Positions 1 through 9,329 of a stretch of DNA of 34,130 nucleotides are shown here, piece after piece; the first letter of the stretch is position 1, and every line of letters begins with the position of its first letter. The DNA lies in IMG/VR virus record IMGVR_UViG_3300014962_000002, positions 1 to 34,130 of that record; one strand, given 5' to 3'. The stretch is from a virus. The translations under genes were made by a program, and so were the position numbers. Under the pieces are notes generated by a model. That model did not search any database, was not told the DNA's origin, and saw only the letters and a program-made list of their open reading frames with translations.

Positions 1-77
1 GCAAACTACGCAAAGTCTTTAGTAGCTAAACTTCATGAAGAAAAAAACAAATCATTAAATAACAAAGCACTCGATTA
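1..77. repeat. Terminal direct repeat, copy 1 (identical to 34054-34130)
   Basis: Direct comparison of the two window ends gives 77/77 identical nt. This implies a circular, circularly permuted or terminally redundant molecule. Confidence 0.95.
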
Positions 78-78
78 A
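1..78 (+). CDS. 3' end of the junction-spanning ORF that starts at 33949 (duplicate copy inside the terminal repeat)
   Basis: Reading frame continues from 33949; the stop TAA is at 76-78. Confidence 0.55.
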   Translation, partial: ANYAKSLVAKLHEEKNKSLNNKALD

Positions 79-111
79 CTTCGGGTGCTTAACTTTTATA
101 AACTAAAAATC

Positions 112-363
112 ATGAGTATAAACAAACTAATTAATTCAGGTGCAAGCCTTAACGAGATATTCTCGGAACAACTCAAGATGAAAGAGATTAACCGTTATGA
201 GGCAAGAATAGCGAAATTCCACGACTCTGAATACTCTAATATCTATTCTGTAATTGATTCGAGTAACGGCTCTATTGTGGCTCATATTAGCCCACACTTA
301 GGAAACTTTGAAGCCGAAAGAATAACTAAACTAATTGCTGACAAACTAAATAATAAACAATGA
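112..363 (+). CDS. hypothetical protein (83 aa from ATG 112; the ORF track begins at GTG 85)
   Basis: ORF in a co-directional array; the ATG follows an A-rich context (aaaaatcATG) seen before other genes here. Confidence 0.6.
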   Translation: MSINKLINSGASLNEIFSEQLKMKEINRYEARIAKFHDSEYSNIYSVIDSSNGSIVAHISPHLGNFEAERITKLIADKLNNKQ

Positions 364-536
364 TTAGAATAATAATATGTGTCTTATTGCAATTATTTTT
401 TTTTATACCATTTTACTTCATTTGGAGAAATGATTGTAAAAAAATAGGAAAGAATAATCTTGCAGTAAGTTTACAAGAAAGGTTTTTATATTGGTTAATG
501 CTTTGCCCAATTTGGTTATTTGGATTTTTAAATTAG
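360..536 (+). CDS. small membrane protein, 58 aa, not in the ORF track
   Basis: Hand translation gives MIRIIICVLLQLFFFIPFYFIWRNDCKKIGKNNLAVSLQERFLYWLMLCPIWLFGFLN, with two hydrophobic segments. An ATGA start/stop overlap links it to the upstream gene. Confidence 0.5.
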   Translation: MIRIIICVLLQLFFFIPFYFIWRNDCKKIGKNNLAVSLQERFLYWLMLCPIWLFGFLN

Positions 537-596
537 CTTATTGAAAAAGTATAAAGAACAATTAAAAAAGAAACAATAACTTAAATCTTAAATAGT

Positions 597-836
597 ATGC
601 AAACAGCAGTAGATTTCATTGAGGAAAAGTTAGACATTATACTTGAATTATACGCTAGCGAGTGGGATAAGATAAACGAGGTACTAAAACAAGCCAAAGA
701 AATGGAACGAGAACAAAGGGAATCCGACTTTGTAGATGGATATAAAGAAAGGGCAGAAATTAGCAATCTTATATTTGATGAAGCATCTGAAACCTTAGCA
801 AAATCAATATTTAGTAACAAATTACAAAACCAATAA
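597..836 (+). CDS. hypothetical protein, 79 aa
   Basis: ORF in a co-directional array. The AKEMEREQ helix motif resembles the C-terminal half of the 18936-19274 product. Confidence 0.6.
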   Translation: MQTAVDFIEEKLDIILELYASEWDKINEVLKQAKEMEREQRESDFVDGYKERAEISNLIFDEASETLAKSIFSNKLQNQ

Positions 837-841
837 AACAA

Positions 842-1114
842 ATGGAATCAAAATTCAAAGGCAAACTAATCAGCCTAAAAGAACAAGAAACAAAAGGAAA
901 GTTTACTTTTCAGGAAGCTATCTTCAAAGAAACTAAAGACGATTACCCTAGCATCTACTCAATTAAATTAGTAGGTAAAACACTCGGAACTTTAAATAAC
1001 AGTCATATCGGTCAAGTATTCGAGGTTTGCGTGAACATCAAAGGCAATGAATACAACGGAAGACATTATACGGATTTACAAGCATGGAAGTTAACAAATG
1101 ATATACCTTTTTAA
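842..1114 (+). CDS. DUF3127-like small OB-fold-type protein
   Basis: The layout (K)GK-I...Q....GKF.FQE..F.......YP....IKL.G......H.G....V..NI.G.EYNGR.YT.LQAWK matches my recollection of the Bacteroidota DUF3127 family. Confidence 0.55.
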   Translation: MESKFKGKLISLKEQETKGKFTFQEAIFKETKDDYPSIYSIKLVGKTLGTLNNSHIGQVFEVCVNIKGNEYNGRHYTDLQAWKLTNDIPF

Positions 1115-1116
1115 AA

Positions 1117-1305
1117 ATGAAAAAAAACAAAGCATTTACCGACAAAGAAGAGTTATCTATTTTTATTAAAAGGAATATACCTATTCTTGTTAAACCAAAA
1201 AGAAAAACAAAAGCAAGATATGCGAATGTATTTACAAGTAATAACGCCTTTAATGTTACAATAGATGAATTAACAAATAAACTTTGGGATAAAATATCTA
1301 ATTAA
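1117..1305 (+). CDS. hypothetical basic protein, 62 aa
   Basis: ORF, last gene of the plus-strand arm before the terminator. Confidence 0.5.
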   Translation: MKKNKAFTDKEELSIFIKRNIPILVKPKRKTKARYANVFTSNNAFNVTIDELTNKLWDKISN

Positions 1306-1311
1306 AACAAC

Positions 1312-1340
1312 AAAGCCCTATTAATTTAGGGCTTTTTATT
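1312..1340. terminator. Bidirectional intrinsic terminator between the convergent arms
   Basis: Perfect 9-bp stem aaagcccta/tagggcttt (1312-1320 / 1327-1335) with loop ttaatt, followed by a T-rich tract. A-rich sequence on the other side serves the minus strand. Confidence 0.75.
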
Positions 1341-2337
1341 ACAATACTTTTCCGTTTTTAATTCGTTTATTTTCAACATAAAAATTATCACCATCAATCT
1401 CAACATAGGCGAAGCCATGATTCCAAATAGTATGAGCAAAAGGTAAATACTCTGGATTCAAATCACAAAGACAACCTACACTCCAAGTCGTTACTAAGCT
1501 GCCGTTTAAACTGCCTTCGTTATTCTCGCCTGATTTATGTTTGTCGCCAGCTAAAACATTATCTTTTGCCCTTAGAAATAATGCTCTTGCAGGGTTAACA
1601 CCTCCACCGCCTTTGAACTCATTGCCATGAATAACATTTAATTTCCCGAATTTCACTAAAGTTCCATTAGGTATCCATTGAACATTATATTCACCAAATC
1701 TCAAGATAAAAGGTAGTTCAAATTCAGGATTCCCAAATAACTCAGCCGCTTTACTTGCTAAGTATCGTTTCCATCTTTTTTCATGATTACCTTCTAAATA
1801 ATAGATTGAAGCATTAGGGAACAACTTTCTTAATCTTTCTAAAAATGACCGACCCATCTCAAATTCATCTCTTATAGTTGGTTTGTCTGGGAACTTTTCA
1901 TGAAAACTCGCTCCGTACATATCGAGAATATCACCCCCAAGAAAGATAGTATCTATTTGACGTTCTAAGCCGTAATTTAAGGCAGTTATTAGCGAATCAT
2001 TATCTTGGTAAGGCAAATGAATGTCCGACATAAATAAGACCTTTTTGCAGCACTCAGGCAATTTAAATGTCTTTAGACCTTCTGCTTTGCTTTCTAGTTC
2101 TTTTATTATGTTAGCGTTCATTCTGCTGTAATCGTGATTTAATGGTGTTGGTCTTGTAGCTTGTTTTAAATTATTTTCTCCCATATGACCTCTAACTTTT
2201 CGAATAGTTGACCTTGCATTCTCAACCGTTTTAAATTGGATTGGATTTTCAGATTGGATCAACTTTGCTAAAGTATAATCTTTAAGCATTGGGAATTTAT
2301 CACAATAGTCTTCAACTATATTCTTAAGTGTTGCCAT
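1339..2337 (-). CDS. calcineurin-like metallophosphoesterase
   Basis: Ordered motifs are present: SDIHLP, GGDILD, GNHE, then HGNE and GDKH further downstream. Confidence 0.8.
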   Translation of the reverse strand: MATLKNIVEDYCDKFPMLKDYTLAKLIQSENPIQFKTVENARSTIRKVRGHMGENNLKQATRPTPLNHDYSRMNANIIKELESKAEGLKTFKLPECCKKVLFMSDIHLPYQDNDSLITALNYGLERQIDTIFLGGDILDMYGASFHEKFPDKPTIRDEFEMGRSFLERLRKLFPNASIYYLEGNHEKRWKRYLASKAAELFGNPEFELPFILRFGEYNVQWIPNGTLVKFGKLNVIHGNEFKGGGGVNPARALFLRAKDNVLAGDKHKSGENNEGSLNGSLVTTWSVGCLCDLNPEYLPFAHTIWNHGFAYVEIDGDNFYVENKRIKNGKVL

Positions 2338-2587
2338 CTTGTAAGGGTTGGGAGTTGTCTAAATCGGTCTTTCTATAAGATTCAGACCAAAGTAAATTGG
2401 TGAGTAGAATAGATTTTTCAACTACTTCATCCTCTGAAAGTTCAGGGAATATGATGTGTAAAGCCTCGTGAATGAGAATCTCTAAATGTTTCTTTCCTTT
2501 TAGTCTAGTATCTAAAATTATATGTTCGTCAGCAATGCCATAGGCTTTTTGCCTTCCTAATTTCTTGTATTTTACTTCGATTGTCAA
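2324..2587 (-). CDS. small HExxH-motif protein (possible zinc metallopeptidase-like)
   Basis: HEALH motif. The start is TTG, overlapping the lysozyme stop (TTGA), so the start is uncertain. Confidence 0.4.
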   Translation of the reverse strand: MTIEVKYKKLGRQKAYGIADEHIILDTRLKGKKHLEILIHEALHIIFPELSEDEVVEKSILLTNLLWSESYRKTDLDNSQPLQDGNT

Positions 2588-3048
2588 AAGTTAAATTTCA
2601 GTATGCCTTGATTGTAAAGTAATGCCTCTGTTTTTCTACGCCTAGTCAATCCTTCTAATACCTTACCGCCTCCTTTATTCCATTTCAAGAACTCAGTTTC
2701 AATTTTCAAAGCAGATCCTTTTTTATTAACTTCTCTTAAAAGATTTGATTTTTCTAAGTTGCCCAAACCACAATTATAAGCAAATGAAACTAAGGCATCA
2801 AACTCGCATTGCAGTAATTCACGCTTTACTAATTTATCCACGCCTTGAGCAAATTTCAATACAATATTAGGTAGTAAATCTTCCGCTTGTTTTAAAGTTA
2901 TCCTATCACCCATTTTAACGGGTTTACCATCAGCATAGAATGTATTTCCGAATCCAATAGTAATAATTTTACTAGGGCATAAATACGCTTCTAGTTTGCA
3001 TCCCTCATAGTATTTAATTACATTATAACATGAATTGCTTGGAATCAT
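2584..3048 (-). CDS. endolysin, GH24 (T4/lambda-type) lysozyme
   Basis: YEG..LEAY......TIGFG near the N-terminus, then FDALVSFAYNCG and LEGLTRRRKTEALL. Confidence 0.85.
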   Translation of the reverse strand: MIPSNSCYNVIKYYEGCKLEAYLCPSKIITIGFGNTFYADGKPVKMGDRITLKQAEDLLPNIVLKFAQGVDKLVKRELLQCEFDALVSFAYNCGLGNLEKSNLLREVNKKGSALKIETEFLKWNKGGGKVLEGLTRRRKTEALLYNQGILKFNF

Positions 3049-3203
3049 AGTTTAACTTTTGTTTCGTGTATTGGAAATCTTATTTCTTGAAATTCAACTA
3101 TATAAACGGGTTCTGAATAGCTTATTTTAACAACCTTAGAACCTTTAGGAATTAAAACTCTCTTCTTATTGTGCCATGCGTTAACGTCTTCAATTAAAAT
3201 CAT
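3045..3203 (-). CDS. hypothetical protein, 52 aa, not in the ORF track
   Basis: Hand translation gives MILIEDVNAWHNKKRVLIPKGSKVVKISYSEPVYIVEFQEIRFPIHETKVKL. ATGA overlaps at both ends (with the 3200-3703 stop and the lysozyme start) fill the apparent gap. Confidence 0.5.
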   Translation of the reverse strand: MILIEDVNAWHNKKRVLIPKGSKVVKISYSEPVYIVEFQEIRFPIHETKVKL

Positions 3204-3703
3204 CTTCTTTGGTTAAAATGAAACACGACAAATATCACCAACATAGCAAAGCCAATTATAGACCATTTAACAGCGTTATTTTTACTCTCTAATACTTTAT
3301 ACATCTCGGCATCTAATCTGTCAGCCTTGCGCTTGTAAAGCCCTAAACTGAATGTATCTTTCTTTATTATTGTTGTAACCTTTGTGAAGGTATCCACTCG
3401 ATAACGATTGATGTACTTCTGGACTTTTACTATTCTTTCTTTTGCTGAATCACAATCAACCTGAGTAAATAAAGTATCGTGCAACTCAGCCCCTTTCAAA
3501 TAAATAAATGAATCTTTTGTTTTTACTTCAATCTTACTCCCACAATACTCAGCTACATAAAATGGGTATTTACGTTCCATTCTAGCCATTTTCTTAACCG
3601 GATTACCGCAAGATGAAAGACTAACTAAAACGCCTAAAATGAAGATAAGAAAGCAAATAGCTATCCCAAAATAGATACCGTATTTAATTCTCTGACTTCT
3701 CAT
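3200..3703 (-). CDS. candidate unimolecular spanin (lipoprotein signal plus C-terminal TM helix)
   Basis: N-terminal basic/hydrophobic signal ending in the lipobox LSSC; C-terminal hydrophobic helix WSIIGFAMLVIFVVFHF; located between holin-like genes and the endolysin. Confidence 0.5.
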   Translation of the reverse strand: MRSQRIKYGIYFGIAICFLIFILGVLVSLSSCGNPVKKMARMERKYPFYVAEYCGSKIEVKTKDSFIYLKGAELHDTLFTQVDCDSAKERIVKVQKYINRYRVDTFTKVTTIIKKDTFSLGLYKRKADRLDAEMYKVLESKNNAVKWSIIGFAMLVIFVVFHFNQRR

Positions 3704-3920
3704 ATGTTTCTCCGTTTGCTAAGATTATGTTTAATACTTCTAAGCCCATCATCATCCAACCGATTATAAGCATTTGGTCTGCATCACTCAACCCGAATTT
3801 AGATAACGTACCAGTAAGCACCGAACCCGAAGTAACTAAGTAAATAATTCTTTTTGTCTTTCTATACCATGCAGGAGCAGGCTTAGTGTGATTGCTTGGA
3901 CTTATTGTTGTCTTTGCCAT
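3684..3920 (-). CDS. holin/antiholin candidate, 78 aa, two hydrophobic segments
   Basis: IIYLVTSGSVLTGTL and MLIIGWMMMGLEVLNIIL; position in the lysis cassette. Confidence 0.45.
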   Translation of the reverse strand: MAKTTISPSNHTKPAPAWYRKTKRIIYLVTSGSVLTGTLSKFGLSDADQMLIIGWMMMGLEVLNIILANGETYEKSEN

Positions 3921-4092
3921 TTCGGATGTTACTTTTAATCGTTAAAATATAAGAAGTTAAGCCAACTATTGACAAAGCAATTTTTAAAACTAAGTCAATG
4001 TTGGTCAACGCTATAACGGGAACAGCGCAAATAGTGCCTACTACATTGCCCATGATGGACATGAATATATGGTTTGGGTCTTGATGAATCAT
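3883..4092 (-). CDS. holin candidate, 69 aa, two TM segments and a charged C-terminus
   Basis: VVGTICAVPVIALT and ALSIVGLTSYILTI, followed by KSNIRNGKDNNKSKQSH. Confidence 0.5.
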   Translation of the reverse strand: MIHQDPNHIFMSIMGNVVGTICAVPVIALTNIDLVLKIALSIVGLTSYILTIKSNIRNGKDNNKSKQSH

Positions 4093-4343
4093 TTGTTTAT
4101 ATAATTGTCGTATTCAAGTTGATAAAGTCCTTCACATCCCATAAATGTATGAACTCCGCATGGTGTTGGATAGACTTCATATTGCTCAAATTCAGGCAAC
4201 GCATTACTTTCCCAAAGAATGTCTACCGCATCGAATCCCTCTAATAACTCACCATTAGAAACCCATGCAGAACTATCTTTAATCAATTCTTTTAAAGAAT
4301 CTGATTTTTTAATAGGTATTTGATATTTTAAAAATCTTGCCAT
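4089..4343 (-). CDS. hypothetical protein, 84 aa
   Basis: ORF in a tight co-directional array. Confidence 0.55.
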   Translation of the reverse strand: MARFLKYQIPIKKSDSLKELIKDSSAWVSNGELLEGFDAVDILWESNALPEFEQYEVYPTPCGVHTFMGCEGLYQLEYDNYINK

Positions 4344-4346
4344 AGT

Positions 4347-5750
4347 TTATGATGTTAAAGCTATACATTGAGCATCTGATAAAGGAGTATTCCAAAGTGC
4401 CATTTGTGAGATGTAATTAGGAACTAATGAAAAATCTCCATTAATCAGCTCCATATTTGTTATTGAGAATGATAAATTTGTAATCACTTGTGTACCATTT
4501 TCCCAAGCATTTAGTAGTGTACCATCCCACTTTATAATAATCTTACAATTAGTTGCAGTTGTTTGATATTGCCCTAATATGTTTGTACCATTTACGCACG
4601 TTGACAAATAAAGCCTTGTTGTACCTGTATTCCTAAAATATATTCCATTATTGTCTGAATTTGACTTTATGCCAAAACCTGCATTTGCAGAATCTCTCGT
4701 TAAGGCTATATTATTCTTAAACTCCAAAAACCACGTTCCACCACTTGCACCAATCAACCCATTAGTATAGATGTTAGAACGTGTGAAATTTGTTGCATTT
4801 CTTGTAACGGCTGCCGATGTTGTTGGGATATAAGATGTAGGGTAATTTACTGAACCGCCTGAACCGTTATCTTCGATTTGTTTTCCCCACTCATATCTCG
4901 TATTGCCTGCATTCCCTCTTGATGTTGAACCATCACTTGCTGCGCTTGCTGTAAAAAGTGTATAACTCGTTACACCAGAAAATGTAGCCTTAAATACAAC
5001 CTTATACCACCCATTTACTATTGATATAGAATAATCAGCTATTGCAGTTCCAATACCATTCGCTTGAGATGTACCTAATACACCTGTTTGTAAATTTACC
5101 CATAGCCTTACATTATTTGTCGTTACTACTGCCTCTTGAATTTGTATTCTTACCCAAGCTTGTGTGCCATATTTAAAAAATAAAGTTACAGGAAGTGTTG
5201 TTATTGATGACGTAATGCTTTGAAATAATGTAGAACCACTTGCTAATGTTTCAGTAACTAAGTTGCCCGTTATTGTTCCGTCTGGTGAAGTTATAGATGT
5301 TGCGTTTACGGTAGTATCTGTTTTTCCCCAATCTATTTGAGAATAGTCTTGAGAATATTTTAACAAATTTCTCCTCTGTGGCTCAAATAAAAAGTTAGGG
5401 CATCCACCTAAAGAATAGTCTAATTGAGGCACACCACTTGCAACTGATTCAATTAACCCTGATGAATTAACTCTTGTAGCAGTAGTAGCCCTTGTAATTG
5501 TCAAATCGCCATTACCATTACTAGGAACTTGTGAATAAATAACACCTGACTTATATCCACTTGGAGCAAGTACAAATGTTGCAGATTGCAAAAGATTTCT
5601 TGCATCTAAATTTGATAGTGTAGTAACTGCGCATGAGTCAGCCTCAACCACTCCTGAATTCCCCAATACTCTTGATTTAAACGAATTAAAAAGTGATTGA
5701 GAATAACTCACTACATTACTAAGTAAAACTCTTTTTATTAATCGTCTCAT
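4347..5750 (-). CDS. tail fibre / receptor-binding-like protein
   Basis: Ser/Thr/Asn/Gly-rich beta-type composition at the distal end of the structural module. I prefer ATG 5750 (TAATG overlap with the upstream stop) over the track's TTG at 5759. Confidence 0.5.
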   Translation of the reverse strand: MRRLIKRVLLSNVVSYSQSLFNSFKSRVLGNSGVVEADSCAVTTLSNLDARNLLQSATFVLAPSGYKSGVIYSQVPSNGNGDLTITRATTATRVNSSGLIESVASGVPQLDYSLGGCPNFLFEPQRRNLLKYSQDYSQIDWGKTDTTVNATSITSPDGTITGNLVTETLASGSTLFQSITSSITTLPVTLFFKYGTQAWVRIQIQEAVVTTNNVRLWVNLQTGVLGTSQANGIGTAIADYSISIVNGWYKVVFKATFSGVTSYTLFTASAASDGSTSRGNAGNTRYEWGKQIEDNGSGGSVNYPTSYIPTTSAAVTRNATNFTRSNIYTNGLIGASGGTWFLEFKNNIALTRDSANAGFGIKSNSDNNGIYFRNTGTTRLYLSTCVNGTNILGQYQTTATNCKIIIKWDGTLLNAWENGTQVITNLSFSITNMELINGDFSLVPNYISQMALWNTPLSDAQCIALTS

Positions 5751-6262
5751 TAGATACAATCTGTTGTAATCTCAATAAAGAATGATTGCGCATTTGTTGG
5801 AGTTAAAGTGCCTGAAAATGAATCTACCTCTAACATTCCGTAAATTGTGTTATTGCTTGGTCTGCTTTCAAATGCTAATGCACCTGTCCAAACAGCTATT
5901 GCAGCATCTGAACCAGTACCCTCTGTACTTAATGCAGAAAAAGTAATTGTTCCAATTCTGCTTGCTCTATTCGCATACAAAAGAGTAAAGGCATCATTAT
6001 CATTTATTGCCGTTACGGGATTCTTGTAAAGATGCAATTTTATTACAGCCGCATTAGTTGAAGCCCAATTGACATTATTAGTCATCAATCTAATTTTAGT
6101 GATGTACCCAAATTGCGAAATGTCAGGAGTTATTCCCGAAAAAGTCAATAAACTTGGTGAACTTGTAGCGTTCGCTATTGCATCTTTTGCAGTGTATGCC
6201 GTTGTATTAGCAGGTCTATTAAACTCGACCGCTATTACTTTATTAAAAAGTTGTGTTGCCAT
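5750..6262 (-). CDS. virion structural protein, function unknown
   Basis: ORF in the structural array. Confidence 0.55.
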   Translation of the reverse strand: MATQLFNKVIAVEFNRPANTTAYTAKDAIANATSSPSLLTFSGITPDISQFGYITKIRLMTNNVNWASTNAAVIKLHLYKNPVTAINDNDAFTLLYANRASRIGTITFSALSTEGTGSDAAIAVWTGALAFESRPSNNTIYGMLEVDSFSGTLTPTNAQSFFIEITTDCI

Positions 6263-6266
6263 ATAT

Positions 6267-6692
6267 TTAAGTTGGGATTTGACATTTATTGTATGCTATT
6301 GGTTGATAAAGTGCTATGTCTAACTTCACTCCACAAAGTACGTCAGGGTCATAGTCTTGTATTCTTGTTCGTGTTATTGATTTATTGAGTTGAAAATCTA
6401 AAGCATGATTATTAAGTGCCGCTACAACATCGTTACTAATTGCTATCATGTCGCTAAGTGCATCTTCCTCATTCGACCTATCTTGCCTCATTCTATCTAA
6501 AAACCAAAACTCATAATTCAAAGTCTCGATTTTATCAGACAATGGTGCAGAAACTAAATCAAAAGTAAAGATAGGATACTTAACGTCTGCCTCTGCTACT
6601 TTGTCCTGAATCGAACCGAAGTAGGTTGTTTTTATCATTGCGTTTTGCGCCCCTATCTGTCTTATCAGATTGTTGATTTCTACGAATGTCAT
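6267..6692 (-). CDS. virion-associated protein (possible head-tail joining)
   Basis: Position downstream of the portal-like gene; no motif recognised. Confidence 0.45.
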   Translation of the reverse strand: MTFVEINNLIRQIGAQNAMIKTTYFGSIQDKVAEADVKYPIFTFDLVSAPLSDKIETLNYEFWFLDRMRQDRSNEEDALSDMIAISNDVVAALNNHALDFQLNKSITRTRIQDYDPDVLCGVKLDIALYQPIAYNKCQIPT

Positions 6693-6754
6693 TATTATTA
6701 AAATACTCTTTTAGCTTATCTTGAGTCTTTTTGTTTAAACCTTTATTCATATTT

Positions 6755-7336
6755 TTATTCTATTGGGAATCCATTACCTTGATACCTATCTTTTAAGGGA
6801 ATACTATCCCAATAATCATTATCTTGACCTAAATAAATTGAGGTTGTGTAACCCATTGTAGAAGGTTTAAGCGTATCAATTCTTGCAGCAAAATTCAAGT
6901 ATTCAGGGAATGAGTTTCTGTTCTCTTGAAGGTATTTAACTAAGCATTGAGCGTAATGTTCAGCGTACCTCTTATGTTTATTCTCGATTGCTATAATCTC
7001 ATCTCCGCTTAATGTTTGTGCATTTTGGTCAGTCTTCTTAACTACTCCTTTATTATAGAACTGATAGGATAATTCAGGAGTTAACTCACTCATCACAAAC
7101 CAACAAAGCGCATCAGTTATATAGTTGTCAATCAAACCATTTTCCAAAGTAGTTAGGTTATTATTATCAATCCCTTGCAAAAGCCTATCAAATAACTCGC
7201 TACCTAAGATGGGTCTCAAGTGCATATCTTGACTAACCTTAATAATCGGTAGAACTAACTTTTCATCTACATTAGAATGTAAGCCCGTTCTTTCCTTTAT
7301 TGCCGCTACTGAAATTAAAAGTGTATTACTTGCCAT
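6755..7336 (-). CDS. virion-associated protein (possible head-tail adaptor)
   Basis: Position only; overlaps the portal-like gene by 11 nt. Confidence 0.45.
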   Translation of the reverse strand: MASNTLLISVAAIKERTGLHSNVDEKLVLPIIKVSQDMHLRPILGSELFDRLLQGIDNNNLTTLENGLIDNYITDALCWFVMSELTPELSYQFYNKGVVKKTDQNAQTLSGDEIIAIENKHKRYAEHYAQCLVKYLQENRNSFPEYLNFAARIDTLKPSTMGYTTSIYLGQDNDYWDSIPLKDRYQGNGFPIE

Positions 7337-9329
7337 TGTTTTGTTTTTTTACGACCATTCTTGCATCCCAAATATGGCGACAATGAAACTTAATATCTCC
7401 GTTGTCATTCCACCAACCTCCCACTCTTTCAAATACCGAATAACCCAATCTTGTACTTATTTTCTCAATGTCGGTACGCCCCCAAAGTTTATTTAAACCC
7501 ATCATTCTAACACAGAACTCTCTACTTGGGTGAGCTTTAGTATTTCTTTCAGATTGTGGGATTTCACTACGCCAATCATAAGCATACATCACACGAAAGT
7601 TAGTAGTAGTCGGCTTCTTATCTAACAAGTCCATTAATGGAGATGTTAATTCAGTTACCACGCTGCCAAGATTGTTAGTAGTTTGCTTTATTGCGCCTTT
7701 GTCCAAGAGTGATTTAAGTATTGCATCTGCTTCGTCAATATCTATCTTTAAAGCCTTGCTAATCGCTTCTGAATTAATCAATTTATCCTTATCAATCAAT
7801 CCCAAAACTTTAGCCTCATTATTTGTGAAATCGTCTTCAAAATCAATCCTCGCAAGTTCCTCTTCTACTGAATCCCTGAATAATTCTTTGCGTGAAACTT
7901 CGATGTAGTCGTCTTTACTTTCTCCAAACTCGGAAAAGATACTTATTAAATCCTCATCGCTAAATTGTTGTTGTGTGGTCAACATTTGGTTAGCCTCTTC
8001 ATCCGTCAAACCATAACCCGATTTTAGCAACATTGTAGCTTGTTCTTTGCTTAGTTTACCTTGCTGCATTTTACGAACTATCCTATCAATGTTTTGGTGT
8101 TGTCTCCCGGTTAAGTTTTTGATATTATCGTTCGCCGTTAGACCTTGAGTAGTTGGGTTATTATCAGTAATAACATTATACTTACTTGGGTCAATTCCTA
8201 ACTTTTCATAAACAAACTCTTTCGGCAATAACGCTAATAATTGCGGTTGAAAATAATCAATCTGTAAAGGCTCTAATTTCTGAATCTTTATTTTAGAAGT
8301 CGCACCATTTATTGACAAAATACCATTAAATACACTTTCAACGAATTGTTGGTACTCTTCTACATAGGTATTGTTGAATATCTCATAAGCCTCCACTATC
8401 TCACTTCTACCGCCTAATTGCCCCTCTGTTTTAATCCCGAAAAGCATCGGTGAAGTAATCTTATGACCTGCAAATATTTCTTGCTGAATCAGGTTATTAA
8501 CGGCTGTAAAATCTTCCTTAGTTAGATCCGATTGCCCTAAATCCTCAATTATTGTTTTTTGGTCTTTATTCTTTACGAATTCGATAACTACCTTACTGCC
8601 ATTCGCACCCGTGAAACGTTCTTTAAATTTACGTTCAATTCTTTTCTTTGCATCTTCCGTTGGTGGTTCACCACTTGTAAAAGATATTTGTTTGCTTGAG
8701 TTAAACCCACATTGCGCATTGCCTAAAACGTGCTTACTTATCTCAACATCCGATTGAATGTAGTTAACACAATTTAAATATTCAGGAATAGCATAGGCAA
8801 ACATATTAGGTCGATACTTCTTAACGTAAAGTATCTGTGTGCCTTTCCTAACATTTGGATTGAAACTAGGGTAAACTTCGGCTTTGTCTTTATTAAATAA
8901 CGCCCAACTATCTTTTATCCAAAATTGAGTGTTATCAGCGTTTGTTCTAACTTTACAATAATCAATGTGAGATATAGCCGCTACTTTATTGCCCATAACT
9001 GACCAATCACATTGAAGGTAGAAACCACCGAATATAGCAAGGTCAAGTACACATTTAGAACTAACAGAAAACAAATCCTCATTCTTGTTAGCCTTGCCTA
9101 TGAAAGCCCTTGAGATAGTATCTGCTTCGTCTTCTAAAGCCCATCCACGCCCGTTTATGTAGTTAGCCTTACCTTGTACTATTGCGCCATGTTTTGGGCT
9201 GCCATCATAAAGCGACATGATGAAATTAGGATAGTCGTTACTTTCACCAAAATTTATATAGCCTTGCCTATTCTTTTGCTCTAAAGGTTTAGGTGCTTCC
9301 GCAAAAGTTAATATTTCTATATTATTCAT
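7326..9329 (-). CDS. portal-like protein with C-terminal Mu F/SPP1 gp7-like head-morphogenesis region
   Basis: The N-terminus (INFGESNDYPNFIMSLYDGSPKHGAIVQGKANYINGRGW) resembles portal N-termini I recall. The C-terminus (AHPSREFCV...GGWWNDNGDIKFHCRHIW) resembles the MuF-type HP.CRC end. Confidence 0.5.
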   Translation of the reverse strand: MNNIEILTFAEAPKPLEQKNRQGYINFGESNDYPNFIMSLYDGSPKHGAIVQGKANYINGRGWALEDEADTISRAFIGKANKNEDLFSVSSKCVLDLAIFGGFYLQCDWSVMGNKVAAISHIDYCKVRTNADNTQFWIKDSWALFNKDKAEVYPSFNPNVRKGTQILYVKKYRPNMFAYAIPEYLNCVNYIQSDVEISKHVLGNAQCGFNSSKQISFTSGEPPTEDAKKRIERKFKERFTGANGSKVVIEFVKNKDQKTIIEDLGQSDLTKEDFTAVNNLIQQEIFAGHKITSPMLFGIKTEGQLGGRSEIVEAYEIFNNTYVEEYQQFVESVFNGILSINGATSKIKIQKLEPLQIDYFQPQLLALLPKEFVYEKLGIDPSKYNVITDNNPTTQGLTANDNIKNLTGRQHQNIDRIVRKMQQGKLSKEQATMLLKSGYGLTDEEANQMLTTQQQFSDEDLISIFSEFGESKDDYIEVSRKELFRDSVEEELARIDFEDDFTNNEAKVLGLIDKDKLINSEAISKALKIDIDEADAILKSLLDKGAIKQTTNNLGSVVTELTSPLMDLLDKKPTTTNFRVMYAYDWRSEIPQSERNTKAHPSREFCVRMMGLNKLWGRTDIEKISTRLGYSVFERVGGWWNDNGDIKFHCRHIWDARMVVKKQNNGK

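Noticed and set aside
581-841. 86-aa minus-strand ORF antisense to 597-836
   Set aside because: It is on the opposite strand to the whole surrounding arm, and the plus-strand ORF has a better start context.
6580-6750. Roughly 55-codon basic ORF starting at ATG 6750 (minus strand), out of frame with 6267-6692
   Set aside because: It overlaps the better-supported 141-aa ORF for most of its length and is a low-complexity basic sequence. It could be real, but there is no supporting evidence.
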